Part shown: piece by piece, positions 16,674-32,868 of the stretch
Layout of the letters: each line of letters begins with the position of its first letter
How positions within the stretch are numbered: position 1 is the stretch's first letter
Source of the DNA: Chrysomallon squamiferum
Lineage: Eukaryota > Animalia > Mollusca
Length of the DNA stretch: 64,000 nucleotides
Direction of reading: 5' to 3'
NCBI GenBank assembly: GCA_012295275.1
Contig: CM022667.1
Location: forward strand, 11,160,001 to 11,224,000
The notes under the pieces: model-generated
Told to the model about the DNA's origin: nothing
The model's database searches: none
Seen by the model: only the letters and a program-made list of their open reading frames with translations
Program-made: the position numbers and the translations under genes

Positions 16674-17259
16674 TCATACATTGTATATATCACTTTGTCA
16701 TCGTTTCTCTCTCCCCCTCCCCTCCCTCCCTTCCTTGAAATAAAACTTTAACGACTAATTTCTATTTAATCATCTGTATAATCTGGACATCCCATCAACA
16801 CTAGTAAAACATTTTTTTTTCTTCTCTTCAGACTGTATTTACATGTCTACATAGCACCCTGACTACCTACTTAAAGCGGTAAATTGTAAATATCGTAGGC
16901 CATCGCCGAATTTATTGCACAAGAACCCCAAAACTAACTGTATCCGACATGTGTTAATAGAATTTCTTGTACTTTATCAACTGTGTGATGGCCACTACTT
17001 TCAGAAATTACCTCAGTTAATTAGATTCTCTTCCTCGTTGATTCATTTAGGTTAGAGAAAAAAAAAAAAAAAAAAAAACAAGATGTATAAAAATAACGTG
17101 TGTTAGAGTGATGTGCGTTTTAATTAGTGTGTGAGTTTAGGAGTAGATGTTGTATTTTCTGAAATGTGAGTAATTATTGGTTATGGTTGCTTAATTGATA
17201 TTTATATTATTTTGCATTAAATGTGGGTAAAATATGAAAGAAAAAAATTAGATATGTTT

Positions 17260-17453
<194 letters not shown>

Positions 17454-17591
17454 CTTTCTGAATTAATGAACTAGTTAGATGTATTTCAAGATATATAATT
17501 AATTACTGTTGCCATGAATGTTTTCCTAATTACTAACCACTAGAAAAAGAGGTTATCAGTAATACTATCTATACATATATACGTACATACA

Positions 17592-17624
<33 letters not shown>

Positions 17625-18426
17625 GTGTGTGTATATATATTTGTGTATGTGTGTGCATGTATTTGTGTATGTGTGTGCTTGTATTTGTGTATGTATTTGT
17701 GTATGTATGCATGTATGTTACATATGTATGCCCGCTTCCCATTTTGAAAATTCCACTTGATCTAATCTCCTATCTTTCACCAAACAAACAGCAACTCGTC
17801 ATTTTCGCAGACTCGCAAACTCCAACAACCTTTCCTGTCTAACTCTGAAACTTCTAACTTCAGACTTTTCTCCAGTTAAGAACAATTCGAGATACACAAA
17901 TCCTACACACGCCTCTGTCACAGCCTGAGCAAGAGAACTCGAGTATTTCTTTGTTGGCTTGACTCGTGGGTGCTAAGTGCTGAAGAGATGGGGGTCAGAG
18001 GATAACCTGGACGTAGATCGATCTCGCGCGCATGCTGACCAGTGCTGGACGGTATTAGCCGTCAACTGACCGACCCTCTTTCACAAATACAGGACCGGTC
18101 AGACAAGAGGGAGTGGGGGGTCCGTGGTCAAAATGTTCATTGTTTTTGTAGTTCTTGGTGCTTTTATAGCAATACTATTAATAATAATAATAATAATTAA
18201 AAAAAAAAAAATAAAAAATAAAAAATAATAATAATAAAAAAAAAAAAAATAATAATAATAATAATAAAAGTAATATTAGTAATTATTATGATGATGATGA
18301 TGATAACGAGAACATCTACAACAACAATAAAACAGCTAGGACAACATGCTACCACTACCACCACCACTACTACTGCTACAATTATTATTACTATTGTTGT
18401 TGTTGTTGTTCTTATTGTTGTTGTTG

Positions 18427-18466
<40 letters not shown>

Positions 18467-18958
18467 ATTTGGTTTTTTTAATTATTTTTATGTTATAGTT
18501 GTAGTTGTTGTTGTTGTTGCTGTTGTTGATATCGAACAACTTATTTGTCCTCGATGACCCACTTGGAAACTTCCTTTCACCTAGAAGTCACCAACTGATC
18601 TATCACTAACCATACATCATTATTTTTCTTTTCCACGACAAAGATTACTTCCTGCTATTCGTTAACAGTTGTCATGGAATCCTGACAGCCATTTTCTTCA
18701 TCATTCCAGCCATTGTTACACAAGCAACAAACAAATAATAATAATACCTAGTGTCCTAAAATAATACAACATATCCAGCTTTTCTTAAATGAACGGTTTT
18801 TTTTTTTTTTTTTTTTCAAACGTGAAGTATCTGAAACTAAATAAAGCTAAAACTCTACATCATACTTATTTCTTTAGTTTCCGTATTGATCGGTGCCACG
18901 AAAAAACACGACCCCGATTAACCTCTGCATTATATAGATCAGTACTAGCGTCCTAAGA

Positions 18959-19048
18959 ATAGTCTCGGTCTTTGGGGACGATTTTCATTACCTCGTGAAT
19001 CACGAATTTGTGTTCTGGATTGTCGAGACTGCCACAGAACGAGACTAT
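18959..19048. mobile_element. ~90-bp hairpin, MITE-like element
   Basis: Left end ATAGTCTCGGTCTTTGG versus reverse complement of right end ATAGTCTCGTTCTGTGG (15/17). An internal TCGTGA-A-TCACGA palindrome is also present. Confidence 0.45.
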
Positions 19049-19937
19049 GTCCCTCGACCTATATTTTATGTTTTAGCGGTAAAGTGTCTTGATATTTGTT
19101 TAATTTAATTTTATTGTATTTATATTAGCTTTATGTTTTATTTTGGTGTTTTGTTTCGCTTCATTGCTCTTTATTTATTTATTTATTTATACATTTTGTT
19201 ACAGTGATGGTGGTATTGTAACACTAACGACAGAAGTAAAATCAGCAATTGAAGCAGCAACAGTAGTAGTAGTTATAGTGGTAATGATAGCAGTAGTATC
19301 AGTGATAGTAGTGTTAGTAGTAATAATAGTAATATTTCTTGTTGTTGCTGTTGTAGTACTAACAGCAGTAAAGGTAGAAGTCATAGTAGGAGTAACAGTT
19401 GCAGTTGTAGTAATAGTATGTCTTGTTGCTATGGAGTTGTTTTAGTAGAAGCTGTTATACGGGAAGTATTAGTTTCAGTTGCAACAGCACTCAAAGCAGA
19501 AACAAAATGAAAGAACAGAACTGTAATAAAAACAAGTTTAGAGTTCTAAGTCTGTCCTTTGTTCGATTCTTGTGGATGATCCAATAAGAATATTCACCTC
19601 TCTCGCAGACTTAAAAACTCAGTCAAACAATTCCAGACGTACACATTTACTAATTGAAAAAGGCTGGCGGGGGGAAGGAAAAAAAAAAAGAGCTGGTTTG
19701 TATATCTTATTTTCAAGCCAGTGAAGGCCAACTTAACGACGGCAATTTTACTTCGTTTCGTTCAAATGAAGTCAATTCAGTCGAATTCGTTGTTTAGACT
19801 CGACCATCAAATTTCCGGTTGTCGTTTTAAACACCAAAATTAAAAGAAACAAATTTTGTCCTTAGTGCAGACGTGTACTTAAATCATTCTATTGTCTAGG
19901 TTACGAGATTAGATTGTAATCGAAAAAGAGAAAGAAG

Positions 19938-19979
<42 letters not shown>

Positions 19980-20742
19980 GTAAGAAAAGAAAAAGAAACA
20001 GTCGAGATATTTTGAGCCAGTCAATTAAAATTACTTCAAAGGGGAGCTCTATTGTGTTACAGCATTATATATATAAGATACACACACACTGATCTAAATT
20101 ACTTTTCTCTACTTTTGATTATTTTCGTCATTCATTTCTTTCGTTCATTCTTTTGTTCATTCTTTATTTTTTTCTTTGTTTATTTCTTCTTCTGTTGTTC
20201 TTTTTTCACTTGTATTCCTCTACAATTTTTCTTATTTCGTAATCAGTTTATTATTATTATTATTATTGTTGTTGTTGTTGTTGTTGTCGTTGTTGTGTTG
20301 TTCTTATTATTATTGTTGTTATTATTATTATGAATAATAATAATTATTTCAAATCAACTTGAAAATCGGTGTAATCATTAATTCATTTTGTTTATCTTGT
20401 CTCTTTTACTATTCCTTCTCAGTACCAAACCCAAATCCGCGAAATAACAATAAATAAATAAATAACGTAGAAACAATAGCATTCTAAGCAATGCTATTAA
20501 TTTTAATACGGGCAGCAATGACGGCATTATGACATAAACTACGTAATTATTCTTATTTATTTGAAATAGCGTGAACAGTTCATGATTGATTTGTTTTGAT
20601 TACTTCACAAATCTCTATTTATTGGCAGACTGAAATATGAAAAATCATTCATATTTTTATTTTTATTTTTTAATTTTATTTTGGTATTTCCTTCATTTAA
20701 TCTTTTTTCCCCCGTTCCTTCATTTTTATTTTTTTATTTTTG

Positions 20743-20808
<66 letters not shown>

Positions 20809-20830
20809 TTTTCACCATTTTGTTATATTT

Positions 20831-20917
20831 ACCTTTGTTTGAGACACAACAACCGTTATGTTTTTTGTGCTGGGGTGTCGTTAAACATTCATTCATTCAT
20901 TCATTCATTCATTCATT
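20831..20917 (+). mobile_element. 3' tail remnant of a SINE/LINE (…GTGCTGGGGTGTCGTTAAAC + (ATTC)n)
   Basis: A short unique core ends in an (ATTC)n tail. It resembles, from memory, an abundant gastropod SINE 3' end. Not verified by search. Confidence 0.55.
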
Positions 20918-21346
20918 AGTATTACGTTGTATTTATTTATTTGTTTATTTGTTTATTTTTTAAGCATTTGTTCTTTTTCCACATATTATTGTTATCAATG
21001 AAATAAGCAATGAAAACTATTTATAACTTTTGTTTCTGGTTCTCTTTGGGTTTTTTTTTTTTTTTTTACAGAAACAGGTAATGAGGAAGTATTAAGATTG
21101 ATTACATTATAAGACCAGCTGTGTGTGTGTGTGTGTGTGTTTGTGTGTGTGTGTGAAAATGAAATATATCGTTGTGAAAGTAACGAAGAAAATGCTTGGA
21201 TGGAAATCACGTTAACAGTAATATAAATGTTATGTGTGTAAAGAACTGGCATAATGTAAAGTAATATCATATAAACTGGATACCATAACAAGAAACTGCG
21301 TAAATATAATACACTATCTATCTATCTATATATATATATATACATC

Positions 21347-21429
<83 letters not shown>

Positions 21430-21880
21430 GAACAAATAGAGAAATAAAGGGATTGAGAAAGAGTGAAACGGAAAGAATGAGAAAAGACTTAAATAGAAGG
21501 AAAGAGAAAGAAGAAAGATAATTAGCGTTTACATTTCTTTAGTATATATTACTTTTCTTTCTTAGTTTACTTAAGTTTATACCTGCTTACTTATTTATTG
21601 ATATGCTTATTTACTTCATTGCGTACTTACATAACAACTGATTTACTCAGTTACTTAAATTACAAACAGTATTTAATTAGCATATTCTTAAATTCTTGCT
21701 AATAATTAGCCTTCTTAATTCTGCATCTGCTGTTGATGTATAAAAGTTCGTAAAACTAAAACATTTCAATTCTGCATAAAACAAGCACATATAATTAAAT
21801 AAACAGAATAGAAAAACAAGCAAACAAATAAACAAACAAACAAACAAACAAATAAATAAATAAACAAAAATTTAAAAATC

Positions 21881-21943
21881 GCCCCAAACCAGGATTGAAC
21901 TTAGAACGTTTCGCTCCATATATGTACGCTTTACCGCTGCCCA
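21881..21943 (-). mobile_element. Degenerate tRNA-derived (SINE-head-like) fragment
   Basis: The minus strand reads GGGCAGCGGTAAAGCG…GTTCAATCCTGG, which resembles A and B boxes at tRNA spacing. No intact cloverleaf. Confidence 0.3.
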
Positions 21944-23390
21944 GCAATCCCAGAAAACTCTCCTAAACATCAGCATTTACTTGAAAGTACACACATCAGC
22001 TGATATTTACACTTTTCAACATCTGCCTATTGAAATTCAAACAACGAGAAACGTGAAAATTGGTCTTTAAGATCATTCCACATTGACGACAACGGGAAGT
22101 GACCCAGTGGGGAATTGGTCCCGGTTCTGACCAGCCCTGAGGCAAATGTACTTCTGTAACTTAACTACAGTCGTCTGCGACCTAATTTTAAACTGAAATC
22201 GGTTTAATTCTTGCTGTCGTTTGTTCTAGAAGTACACTTTTACCAATACGTCCCCATACTAGATTTGATCCTGTCACAGTCCAAGCCTGAGGCGAAATAG
22301 CTGAGAGCTTCGTTATTGCTAGTTATGCTGTAGTTTATATTAATTTAAATTTAATTTATTATTTGGTTAACATATAGTAAGTATACGTGCGTATATGTAT
22401 ATAGCTATGTGTGTGCTGCTTGCGTACGTATGTATGTGTGTACGTGTGTGTGTGTGTGTGTGTGTATGTGTGTATGTATTTTAAGATTTTGAATGTTCGG
22501 CCATCACGACAACATTGGGTGTATGTATGTATGTATGTATATATGTATGTATGTATGCATGTATGTATGTACGTACGTATGTACGTAGCTAAGGGTTTCA
22601 GCTTGTTTTGATCAACTATTAAAGACATTCCAAACACAACATTTGATCCCGAAATTCGTCCTACCCTCAGGCAAGCGTTAAAAAACCAAAACGAAAACTA
22701 TCGAGACTGACCTAGTTTAAAAAATAATTTCAGCGTAATTCACACCGCTCTCGTTTTCCGGTCGTAGAAAAGGTTAGAAAAAAATAATAATTCTCCCTTG
22801 TTTTCTGGAGGTAACGTCAGTTATTTTCACATTACTTATTAAATGACTTATTTTCTTACAAAATGACCTATTATTTCGAGCCGAGCAACACGATTACTTG
22901 GCAGTCGTCCAACAAGTGTTTAGGTAACTGAAAGCAATTTAAAAGAAGCAGACGGCTAAATTTGAAGAGATAATGACGAAGGGAATTCGATTCGCAAAGA
23001 TCGGTAGAGAAAAAAAAAAAAAAAAATAAATAAATTTTAATTAAATAATTGTGCTATTTAGTTTACAAAGTAATTTTATTTAGTAAGAGTAGTAGGATCA
23101 ACTACTGTAACGATGACATTGGTAAATAAATAAATAAGTTGCATTGCTTGAGAAATATTAACGTCATTATTTTCTATTAAGTGTAATAGGCTTATGTAAA
23201 TGTCACTTTTCCTTTAAGTTCTCATTATTTAGTTTTTTGTTTTGTCGTAAAGTTGACTGTGGTCACAACAGAAGTGAATTTAAGCTGATATTAACTTAAT
23301 TTCCTGTTGAAACAATAATTTAAAAGCAAAATAAAAATAAAAATATTGCTATTAATTTCTTATTCATTTATTTTAAATTTATTTATATAT

Positions 23391-23425
<35 letters not shown>

Positions 23426-23689
23426 CGTGTTTGTTTATTTTTGTTTGCTGCAGGGTCATTCTTTTTTTTCTTTTTATCTTTTTATACCTTTTTCAAAATT
23501 TGTGTTAGTGGAGACCATTATGCGGTATTTACGGATTGCCTTACATAGTTTCTTTCTTTCTTTCTTTCTTTCTTCTTCTTTTCTTCTTCTTCTTATTATT
23601 ATTATTAAACAGTTAGTTTTTTTATTTCTTTTTATCTACATTTATTGGCTGAAAAACTTGAAAATGGAGATGAAAGAACAAACAAAGAC

Positions 23690-23766
<77 letters not shown>

Positions 23767-24438
23767 AATTCATATGTAATATTATGTTGTTGGAAAGTGT
23801 TACTAATTATGTTATAAACTGTCTGAAAATCGTGTCGTCTGCAAAATGCCGCGGTTTATTGTCACCGCGTAAAGATTTTTCAGTGTATATAGATGTCTGT
23901 GTTTGATTTCATACTGCGTTTCCGAGTGATAAATATAACATAAAAGTACTGCAGTTATACTTGTTGTTTTTATGTCATTATTTTACACTGCTTATTGGGT
24001 ATATTGATATAACTTAGTTTATATGTGTATGTTTTCGTGGGGTTTTTTTTTTTTGTTTTTTTTTTTTTTCGTTCTTTTCGTTTATTTTCTTTGTTTGTTT
24101 TTTTGTTTTTTTAAATTTTGTTTCTGAATAGATGGTTGTGCAACTGTACATATGTGTTCTTTCTTAGTGTATTCTAATTAATGTATGTTAAAGTCTGCTT
24201 TTGTTTTGTTTGGCTTCTTTTTATTGACTTCGTATGTTGTTTTTATCTCTTTTTTTTTCTCTTTTTCTTATTTCTTTTCTTATTATTCTTATTATTATTA
24301 ATCAAAAAAAAAAAAAAACATTAAAAAAAAAGAAGAAAATCCAGATTTAACAAAGATGGTTTTTGAATAAAATCGGTTAACACTTATGTAACGTGTGCCT
24401 ATGTTTGTATGTGTATGTGTGTGTAGCGCGTGTGTGGG

Positions 24439-24501
<63 letters not shown>

Positions 24502-25218
24502 CATAAATGAAACAGTTGATGGATTAACAATCTCTTGGTAGTTTGTGCAGTAAAGATCAAACAATGTATATTCTCTTTGCTGTTGTCGTCATTATAATTA
24601 TTGTGATCATCATCTGCAGCACCAGACAGAAATCACACACATCGTTACTTTGAACACAACGTTTACGAATTTAAACAACTAAAAATAACCAAGCAGACGA
24701 TACATCTGATACGGCAAACCGAAACGCGTTTCATAGTAAATTATCAAACGCTTCCATCACGAGTTTTCGCTAATAAAATAAAGGTATGTGTACACTTCTC
24801 TCATATTACTTGCACTGGGGCCTAGAGGGATAGCAGAATTATTACTTGATACTTTGTTACTTCTGATAATTTCATAACTAAGCGTAGATTACAAGTGCAG
24901 CTGTGTCCGAGTCTCATCTGCTTCTAACTTCGTCTGCCGATTATTTCAGAAGATGTTTAACGTCACGTCTGCTACACTGATGACGTTGCTTCAGTTACAG
25001 AGGAGCGACATTGTTATACATACACACATACATACATACTACTTGCATACACACAGATCCATGTTGTCATTATATTTTACCCTTATTATTATTACTGTTA
25101 GTAGTAGTAGTAGTAGTAGTAGTTTTTGTTATAGTAGTAGTAGTCGCCGTCGTAATATCATCATGTCCATTATTAGTGTGGTTGTTGCTGCTGTTGTTGT
25201 TGTTGCAGTTGTTGTTTC

Positions 25219-25252
<34 letters not shown>

Positions 25253-26354
25253 ATTATTATTATTGCTTTAAATATTTGTTTCAAAAAATGTATTGAAATT
25301 CCCAGACAGAATGATTCATTCGAACAAGAAAACAAATTACCTACATCAACAGAACGTAACATACCAGGGACATTTTCCAAATCAAGTTCGTACGTCTCCC
25401 ATACGTTACAGTAAATAACGTCTCGCGTTAATTTTACGTCGATACTCAACGGATACGTCAGTGCCAGTCGCTTCTTATTAAACCATCCTTTTTTCTTTTT
25501 AACAAACGACTGATATTACGGATGGCACATTTTGTCTGTGTCCTAATCTTTGTAATCAACACAGGCGTAACTGTTTCATCCATTTTACACGCGCCTTCGT
25601 CGGCTCTTGGAGTCCGTGAATCTAATCTCTAAGTTACACAAATACGCAGAGTGTCTTTGTCTGTTCAGAGTTTTGTTTTCTGCGTGATTTACGCCGTTCA
25701 GATGCGCCTGTCGCTGTAAAAAGTCTTCACTTCTTGTTGATATATCGGCGTTCAGATGCGACGTTACAAATCATACGTTTTATAGCAGCAGATAAGAAGA
25801 AAGCCGTGCTTTGCCTTTTGTCTCGGTTTTTGGCCCGATGAACACTGGCGGTCATTATAAGTGGTTGTGTTTGACCAGCTTGCGGGCGATTTTCGGATCC
25901 ATCACCGAGCTAGATTTAAGAAATTGTTTCCTTTTGCCAGCACAGCAGAGAGAACGAAAGCAGAATTAACCACTTTAGTGATCAGAAACGTATAAGTAAC
26001 AAGATTGTGGTGGCTGGAAGAAAACAGAGCTGATATTTAACGGCTAATGTGACCGGTTATTTGTTAACGTTCAGCAGCGCTTAACAAAGAAAAACATTTA
26101 CGTTTTAATAATACGTTGTCAATACGTTAGATCAGTTCAAGAACTGGATGTATTACCAAGTAGATATTTTTACTGTTTCTTTTCTGCTGTCGTTGTTGTT
26201 GTTGTATAATATGAAGCTGATGTAGGTTAAAAAAGCGCTCATGTGTGGATCGATACTTTTCTACGCGCCTACTAAGTTTATTGCTTTGCCGGTGATAACA
26301 ATGATATTATAATCATTTTATCGATAAATAAATAATGAAACTTAATTTAAAAAG

Positions 26355-26464
<110 letters not shown>

Positions 26465-29400
26465 GCCTTGGTATTTCTTTATCCATTTGCTTATTCATCT
26501 TGTTCTGTTTCATCGTTATTGTCGTCTCCGTTTAACCTTTTCATCATCATCTCTTCATCTACTTCTTTATTGACACACACCAGCAGGACATTTCAAGAGA
26601 AGATTCGTCAAACAGAGAGAGAGAGAGAGTGTGTGTATAAGACAAAAATAAAGTGTTTTTATGTGTCACATTTTGTCTCATCATATCCGAAGCGACCTCT
26701 ATTGAGAATTCCCTGCTTAATACACTCTGTGACAACGTGCTTATGTCGTCAACGATGAGGGGATTGTCGTTGTTCACGATGTCAAATTGACAAGTCCCAC
26801 GCCTATTAATTCGATGTCGCGGTATTAACTTCACTATATTAAGTGCTATACCTGTCAGTCAAGCAGTTTCTTATTAACTTTTATGTTAGTTTTATACTGT
26901 CGTCTGTCGTCGTTTGCTGTTGCAGTTGTAGTAGTAGTTGTTATTATTGTAATCACAATACTGTCATTATTATTATTATTATTACTGTTGTTTTTATTGT
27001 TGTCGTCGTTGTGGTGGTCGTTACTGTCGCTATTACTGTTGTTGTTGTCATCATTATTATTATTATTGTTATTATTTGTTTATTTGTTTGTAACGAACCA
27101 GTAATTAAATAAAGCGTAGAAAGGAAGAAAAAAAAAAAAAAAAATATTGAAAAAATATATGTTAGTAAGTAGGAAGTAAATAAAGCAGATAAAAAAAAAA
27201 AAAAAAAAAAAAAACTAGAAAAAGAAGAGGAAAAATAACAATAAGGAAAAGAAGATAAGAGAATGTTTTTCATGTTTCAAACTGTCAAGAAATGGAGATT
27301 TATGAAGTAATGAAAACAAATCAATCATGAATCCCTTCACACTATTTCAGTTTAAATAAAAATAATTACGTGTTTTATGTATTTTACGTCATAGTATGTC
27401 GTCATTGGTGTCAGCATTAAAATTAACGGCGTTGCTAGGATTTTGTTTGTCTCTACGTGAAGCTTTGTAGATTACTGGTGTTGATATTCGGAATAAACTT
27501 ATATTGTAATACGAATACCTGCAGGAGCGGATCAATGAGTTTTCCAGATGGATTTAACAATCATAAACACCAGAGATTTTTCCATCACTAAAAGTGAAAT
27601 AATGTTCTAGTTCTTTGTTATTTATCGGTCCCAGGTTTTTTCTAACTTCTGTTATGCCAGTTTTTTTTTTTTTTTTTTTTCTGTTACCTATTCTGTGTTC
27701 GATGTTCTATCTATCCTATCTGTATTCAGTCATATGTTTAGTCTCTTCTGTGTTATTTGTTCTATGTTCTGTGTAATATAATATTGTGGTCTACTTCTCT
27801 ATTCAGTATTTACTGTTGCATTATGCCTGTGTTTTATGTTCTATGTTTCCTGTTCTGTGTTTTCCATATTTAAATTCTATCTATCTACTCTGATCTTGTT
27901 CTCTGCTCCTTCTGTTGTGTGTTCTCTTTCATATCAGTTGTATGTTCCTTTTATTCTTTATTTTTACAATTATTAATTTTGTGATAGTGTCATTGGAATT
28001 CTATGTTTTTCTGTCTTCTGTTCCATGTTTTTTCCCCTTTTTCCCCGTTTCTAAGTTCACTTAGTGTTTCGCTATTCTCTTTATTTCGACTGTTTTCATT
28101 ATTTATTTTGCTCTTTAATGTTGCCCGGTTTTTTTTCTTTCAGTTTTCAGTTGTTTCTATTTTGTTTTATCTTCTTCTTCTTTCTGACTGTTCTATATTC
28201 TATGTTTTTTTTTTTTCTGTACACATTCATTCCTAATCTCTTTCTATCTCATCTCTTTCTTCCTAGTTCTCTCACTATCGACTGTCGCAGCTCACAAACC
28301 CGTGAATTTTCTTTTTTTTTTTTCTTTTCTTTCCCTAACCGGAACATCTCCTGCATTTAACTGGCGTTGTTATTACATGCAGTAAACCACGAGAAAACGT
28401 CAAAATAAACGACACCAGTGTAAAGATATCCATGCCCTAATCATGCTCCGCGATTGCCAAAACCAATCTGAAGACCATATCCGTCCCTCTGCCAAATTAT
28501 GTCAACCGTTTGCGTTCGCTTCATTGACTTCTACACAAACGGACCGGAATGGTCCACTGCAAGAACAAATGCTCTGCACGGCGAAAACTTTCCGATTCCT
28601 ACGAATTCCTTATTAGCCCGAAAGCCGTGATCGTACGAAAATGAGTTCGCGAACTTTGGGCCAGGCCGTTGAATACATTTTTGGGTCACGATTTGTAATC
28701 TAAGCAAACACTGGTTCCGAGACCTTAATTAGCAAGTCTCAAGTCTTTGCCGGAGTCAAATAATTCATCGCGAATTCTTGGACAATAACCGTATGTTTCG
28801 CGCCTTAGCAAATAATTCCATACGAGAACGATTTCCGCAAGCGAGGAAGACTGTATTCGTGATTTATGTCCGCAGTATTTTCCTACTGTGTACTAAGATA
28901 CCCAGAGAGTGAAAAGACAAAGATAGGAATAGTTTTGACTGGCAGTGTAATCGACAAAACTGTCGACAAAATTTGCCGTAAAATTCTATCATAATGGAAT
29001 CCTCTTCCTCTTAAAACGACTACTTCTACTTCTGATAATGTTATTACTACTGCTAATTATGCTGATTAGGTTACTATTACTATTTCTATTTCTACTACCA
29101 TTACTATTGTAACTACTATAACTATTGCCATTTCTACTATACTACTACTGCATATCTAACTCTATTACTTAAGCATCTGCTACTACTATTATTCTAATAC
29201 ATTATTTTGATGATACTGCTATTACTACTTCTGCTGTCACTACTACAACTACTGCTACCACCACCATCACAACAACCACGACTATTACCACTGGTATTAC
29301 TGTTACTCCTTATATGTTCTACTGGTAACTGCTGCTACTTAAACAACTACTACTGCTTCTACTTCTACAACTTTATCATCACTTCATTACAACAACTACT

Positions 29401-30424
29401 CCTACATCAGTAACCATTATCTTCACCATCATTACTACTGCTATGAAAAACTGATTTCTTTTTTGTTTGTTTCCTTTTTTAATTAAAATTTTATTTATTT
29501 ATTTATTTTTTTGTCTGTTTATTATTTTTTAATTAAATTTTATTATTATTATTATTATTATTATTTATTATTTATTTTTATTTTTATTTCTTTCAAAAGC
29601 GGTGGAACAGTCATGGAATGTCTCATTTCCAGTTATCACTGAATATGAAACCTTTATATTACGAACAGAATTTATATTGAAAATTCTAAATAATCTTATT
29701 CATGCTTGCTCTATGAACAACCCTAGCGGAAAAAAAATAATCATAAAAGAAAAATAAATAAAAAATAAAATATTCTGACATTACGTGTGGTCCAGTTGTC
29801 AAACAGACAACAAACCTTTCTTAATAGAAAATTTATTTTTTCTTCTAGTTTTTTTTTTTACAGTAATTTTAAAGTTAATTCATGCTGTTGATTAAGCAGG
29901 GGGCAATGTTGGCATATCCTGAAAAACTTTATCAAAAAGATTACGACGTTTGGATATAAGAATTATGTAAAATATTACAGAACTCTGACTTTGTCCTGAT
30001 CATTTTTATACAAAATGTTCCAGACGCATTACCATATTTCTTTATTAATTATAGTAAGCTGCTTTAAAAAGAATGGACAAATATCTATGGTATGTATGTA
30101 TGTATGTTTGTATGTTTGTATGGATGGATGGATGGATGGATGGATGAATGAATGAATATGTATGTATGTATGTTTGTATGTATGTATGTGTGGATGGATG
30201 GATGGATGAATGTATGTATGTATGTATATGTGTATCTACGTATGCGTGTGTGTGCATGCATGTAATATGTAATTATGTATGTACGTATGTATGTATGTAT
30301 GTATGTGTAAAACATCTTTTTTTTCACTTTTTACACAAAAACAACAACAAAAAACTACAACTACAACAACAACAGAAAACTCAAATATCAAACTATAGAA
30401 ACAACAAAAACGGAAGCCAAAATA

Positions 30425-30467
<43 letters not shown>

Positions 30468-31239
30468 GTTTTATTATTTATTTTATTTTTCATTCTTTCT
30501 TTCTTCTACTTCATCAACATGTCTTATTATTATTATTTTCAGCTAACGAACACATCCCCTTAATAGTATTGTTTCAGCGTAATATTTAGAGAGCATAGAA
30601 CTGATTCCCGTATGGATTACGTTACCTGGATTTAATTCCAGTACAGCCCAGATTTTAAATCCGAAGGTTTATCCACCGGGCAAAACGAATTTGTGAAAAC
30701 TAATTAACGAAGAAAAGCAGGAAACCGCCATCGTCAAATACGCTGTGTTTGTGTTAAAAGTAATTATTTGTAATTGTTTTTACAAAACCATCGTGTTTTA
30801 GGGACAGCTAGCGAGCATGTCACGTAAATTTCAAACAATCGTAAATATCCGCTTGTTTGATATGAAGTCTGTTTTAATGGTCCGCCAGGGAAATTGGGTG
30901 TATCCGCGAGACTAATAAACCGTCCCATAATTCCCTTGTTTGGTAAGCGCGCGCGCCTCGTGGAATGTTAATTAGAAGAAAGCAAACGTTTTACGATTGC
31001 GAAATCGGAGGCAGGAGTTTTGTTTTATACAATAAGGAAGGTGTTAGAAATACGTTGGTTTAGAACGAAAGATGGAAGAAACAAACGAATGAATGAATGA
31101 GTGAATGAAAGAAGGATGAAACAAAGGAACGAATGAATGAATGAATAAGGATCTTTTGCTTTAACGGGATAAAGAAAGGTAGAGAAACTGGACAATAAAT
31201 AATAAAAACAAAGAGATTAGGATTGAGAGAGAGAGAGAG

Positions 31240-31334
<95 letters not shown>

Positions 31335-31895
31335 ACTTATTATTCAGAAAAAAATTAATTATAAATAATGTTTTTTTCTTGACTTGAAAGGCCTTTTTTT
31401 TTTTTTTTATTTGTTTGCTTTGACCAGACTTTAAACCTAGTCGCTGCGACTCCAGTATCAGCTGACTCAAATTGAACGTCAGTTCATACAACATGACGCA
31501 GACACGTTCAACGTGTTGCTAGGAATTACGTAATAAATCGATGTAATATTATTTGCAGCTGTTATTGAATTGGTCCAGTCTGGTGAAAAGATCATTGTGG
31601 TAATTCAGTCTCTCCCTTTTTTTTTTTTTCTTTTTTTTTTTTTTCCTTTTTTTTTTTAATTTTTATTTTCGCCCCTCACCCCTTATTTTTCTTTTACTTT
31701 AAAAAAAAAAAAAACAAAAAATTGAAAACATAAAATTAAACGAAATGGAATCTATAAAATAATTGAACAAATAACAGAAAAAAAAAATTACTTCGATATT
31801 ATTAGTATTATTATTATTGTTGTTGTTGTTGTTACCAGTAGCAGTAGTAGTTAATTTTATATTGTTAAGACATGTATTTATTTATTTCTTTTTGA

Positions 31896-31935
<40 letters not shown>

Positions 31936-32289
31936 TAACGTTTTTTTTTCGTTCTTTTATAATTAATGTTTTTTAAATTATTTTATTTTTTATTTTTATT
32001 TTATTTTTATTATTATTATTTTATTTTTTTATTATTATTATTGTTATTAATTATAGTATAATTAAAGAAATCTGTTTCCTTTAACGGAGATTAGAAAAAA
32101 AAGAAAAAGAAAAGAAAAAAGGAAGTAACTGCATTCTGACAAGAAATTTATTCCCTCGAGAAAAGACAAATTCTATTTTAATGAATAAGATTGAATATGA
32201 TTATGATTACAGGAAGGCAGTCGATAAATTGCTTTTTATTTATGTGAGTATAGAAAAACCAGCCACAAAAGAAATAAAAAGTGTTAGTC

Positions 32290-32587
32290 TAGTGGTGAAC
32301 GTTATAGTGATAGTGGTGAAGGTGATAGTGATAGTTGTGAACGTGAACGTGATAGTGGTAGTGGTGAAGGTGATTGTGATAGTGATAGTGGTGAAGGTGA
32401 TAGTGATAGTTGTGAACGTGATAGTGGTAGTGGTGAAGGTGATAGTGATAGTGGTGAAGGTGATAGTGGTAGTGGTGAAGGTGATAGTGGTAGTGGTGAA
32501 GGTGATAGTGGTAATGGTGAAGGTGATAGTGGTAGTGATAGTGGTGAAGGTGATAGTGGTAGTGATGGTGGTAATGGCTGTGATAGT
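32290..32587. repeat. ~21-bp minisatellite (GTGGTGAAGGTGATAGTG(A/G)TA)n built from 3-nt and 6-nt subunits
   Basis: Directly visible. It gives VVKVIVI, TTITITF and HHYHYHL repeat ORFs. Confidence 0.9.
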
Positions 32588-32669
32588 CATGCCGATGGTT
32601 GGTTGTATTGATGATGATATTAGTAGTAGTAGCAGTAGTTGTAGTAATAATTGTTGTTCCTCTAGTTAT

Positions 32670-32717
<48 letters not shown>

Positions 32718-32810
32718 CATAATCATAATAATAATAATAATAATAATAATAGCAACAATAGCAGCAACAACAAAAATATTAAGAAGAAGAAGAAGAAAGA
32801 TATTATTATG

Positions 32811-32868
<58 letters not shown>

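Noticed and set aside
27690-27950. TTCT(A/G)TG-rich stretch
   Set aside because: Decayed simple repeat with no coding signal.
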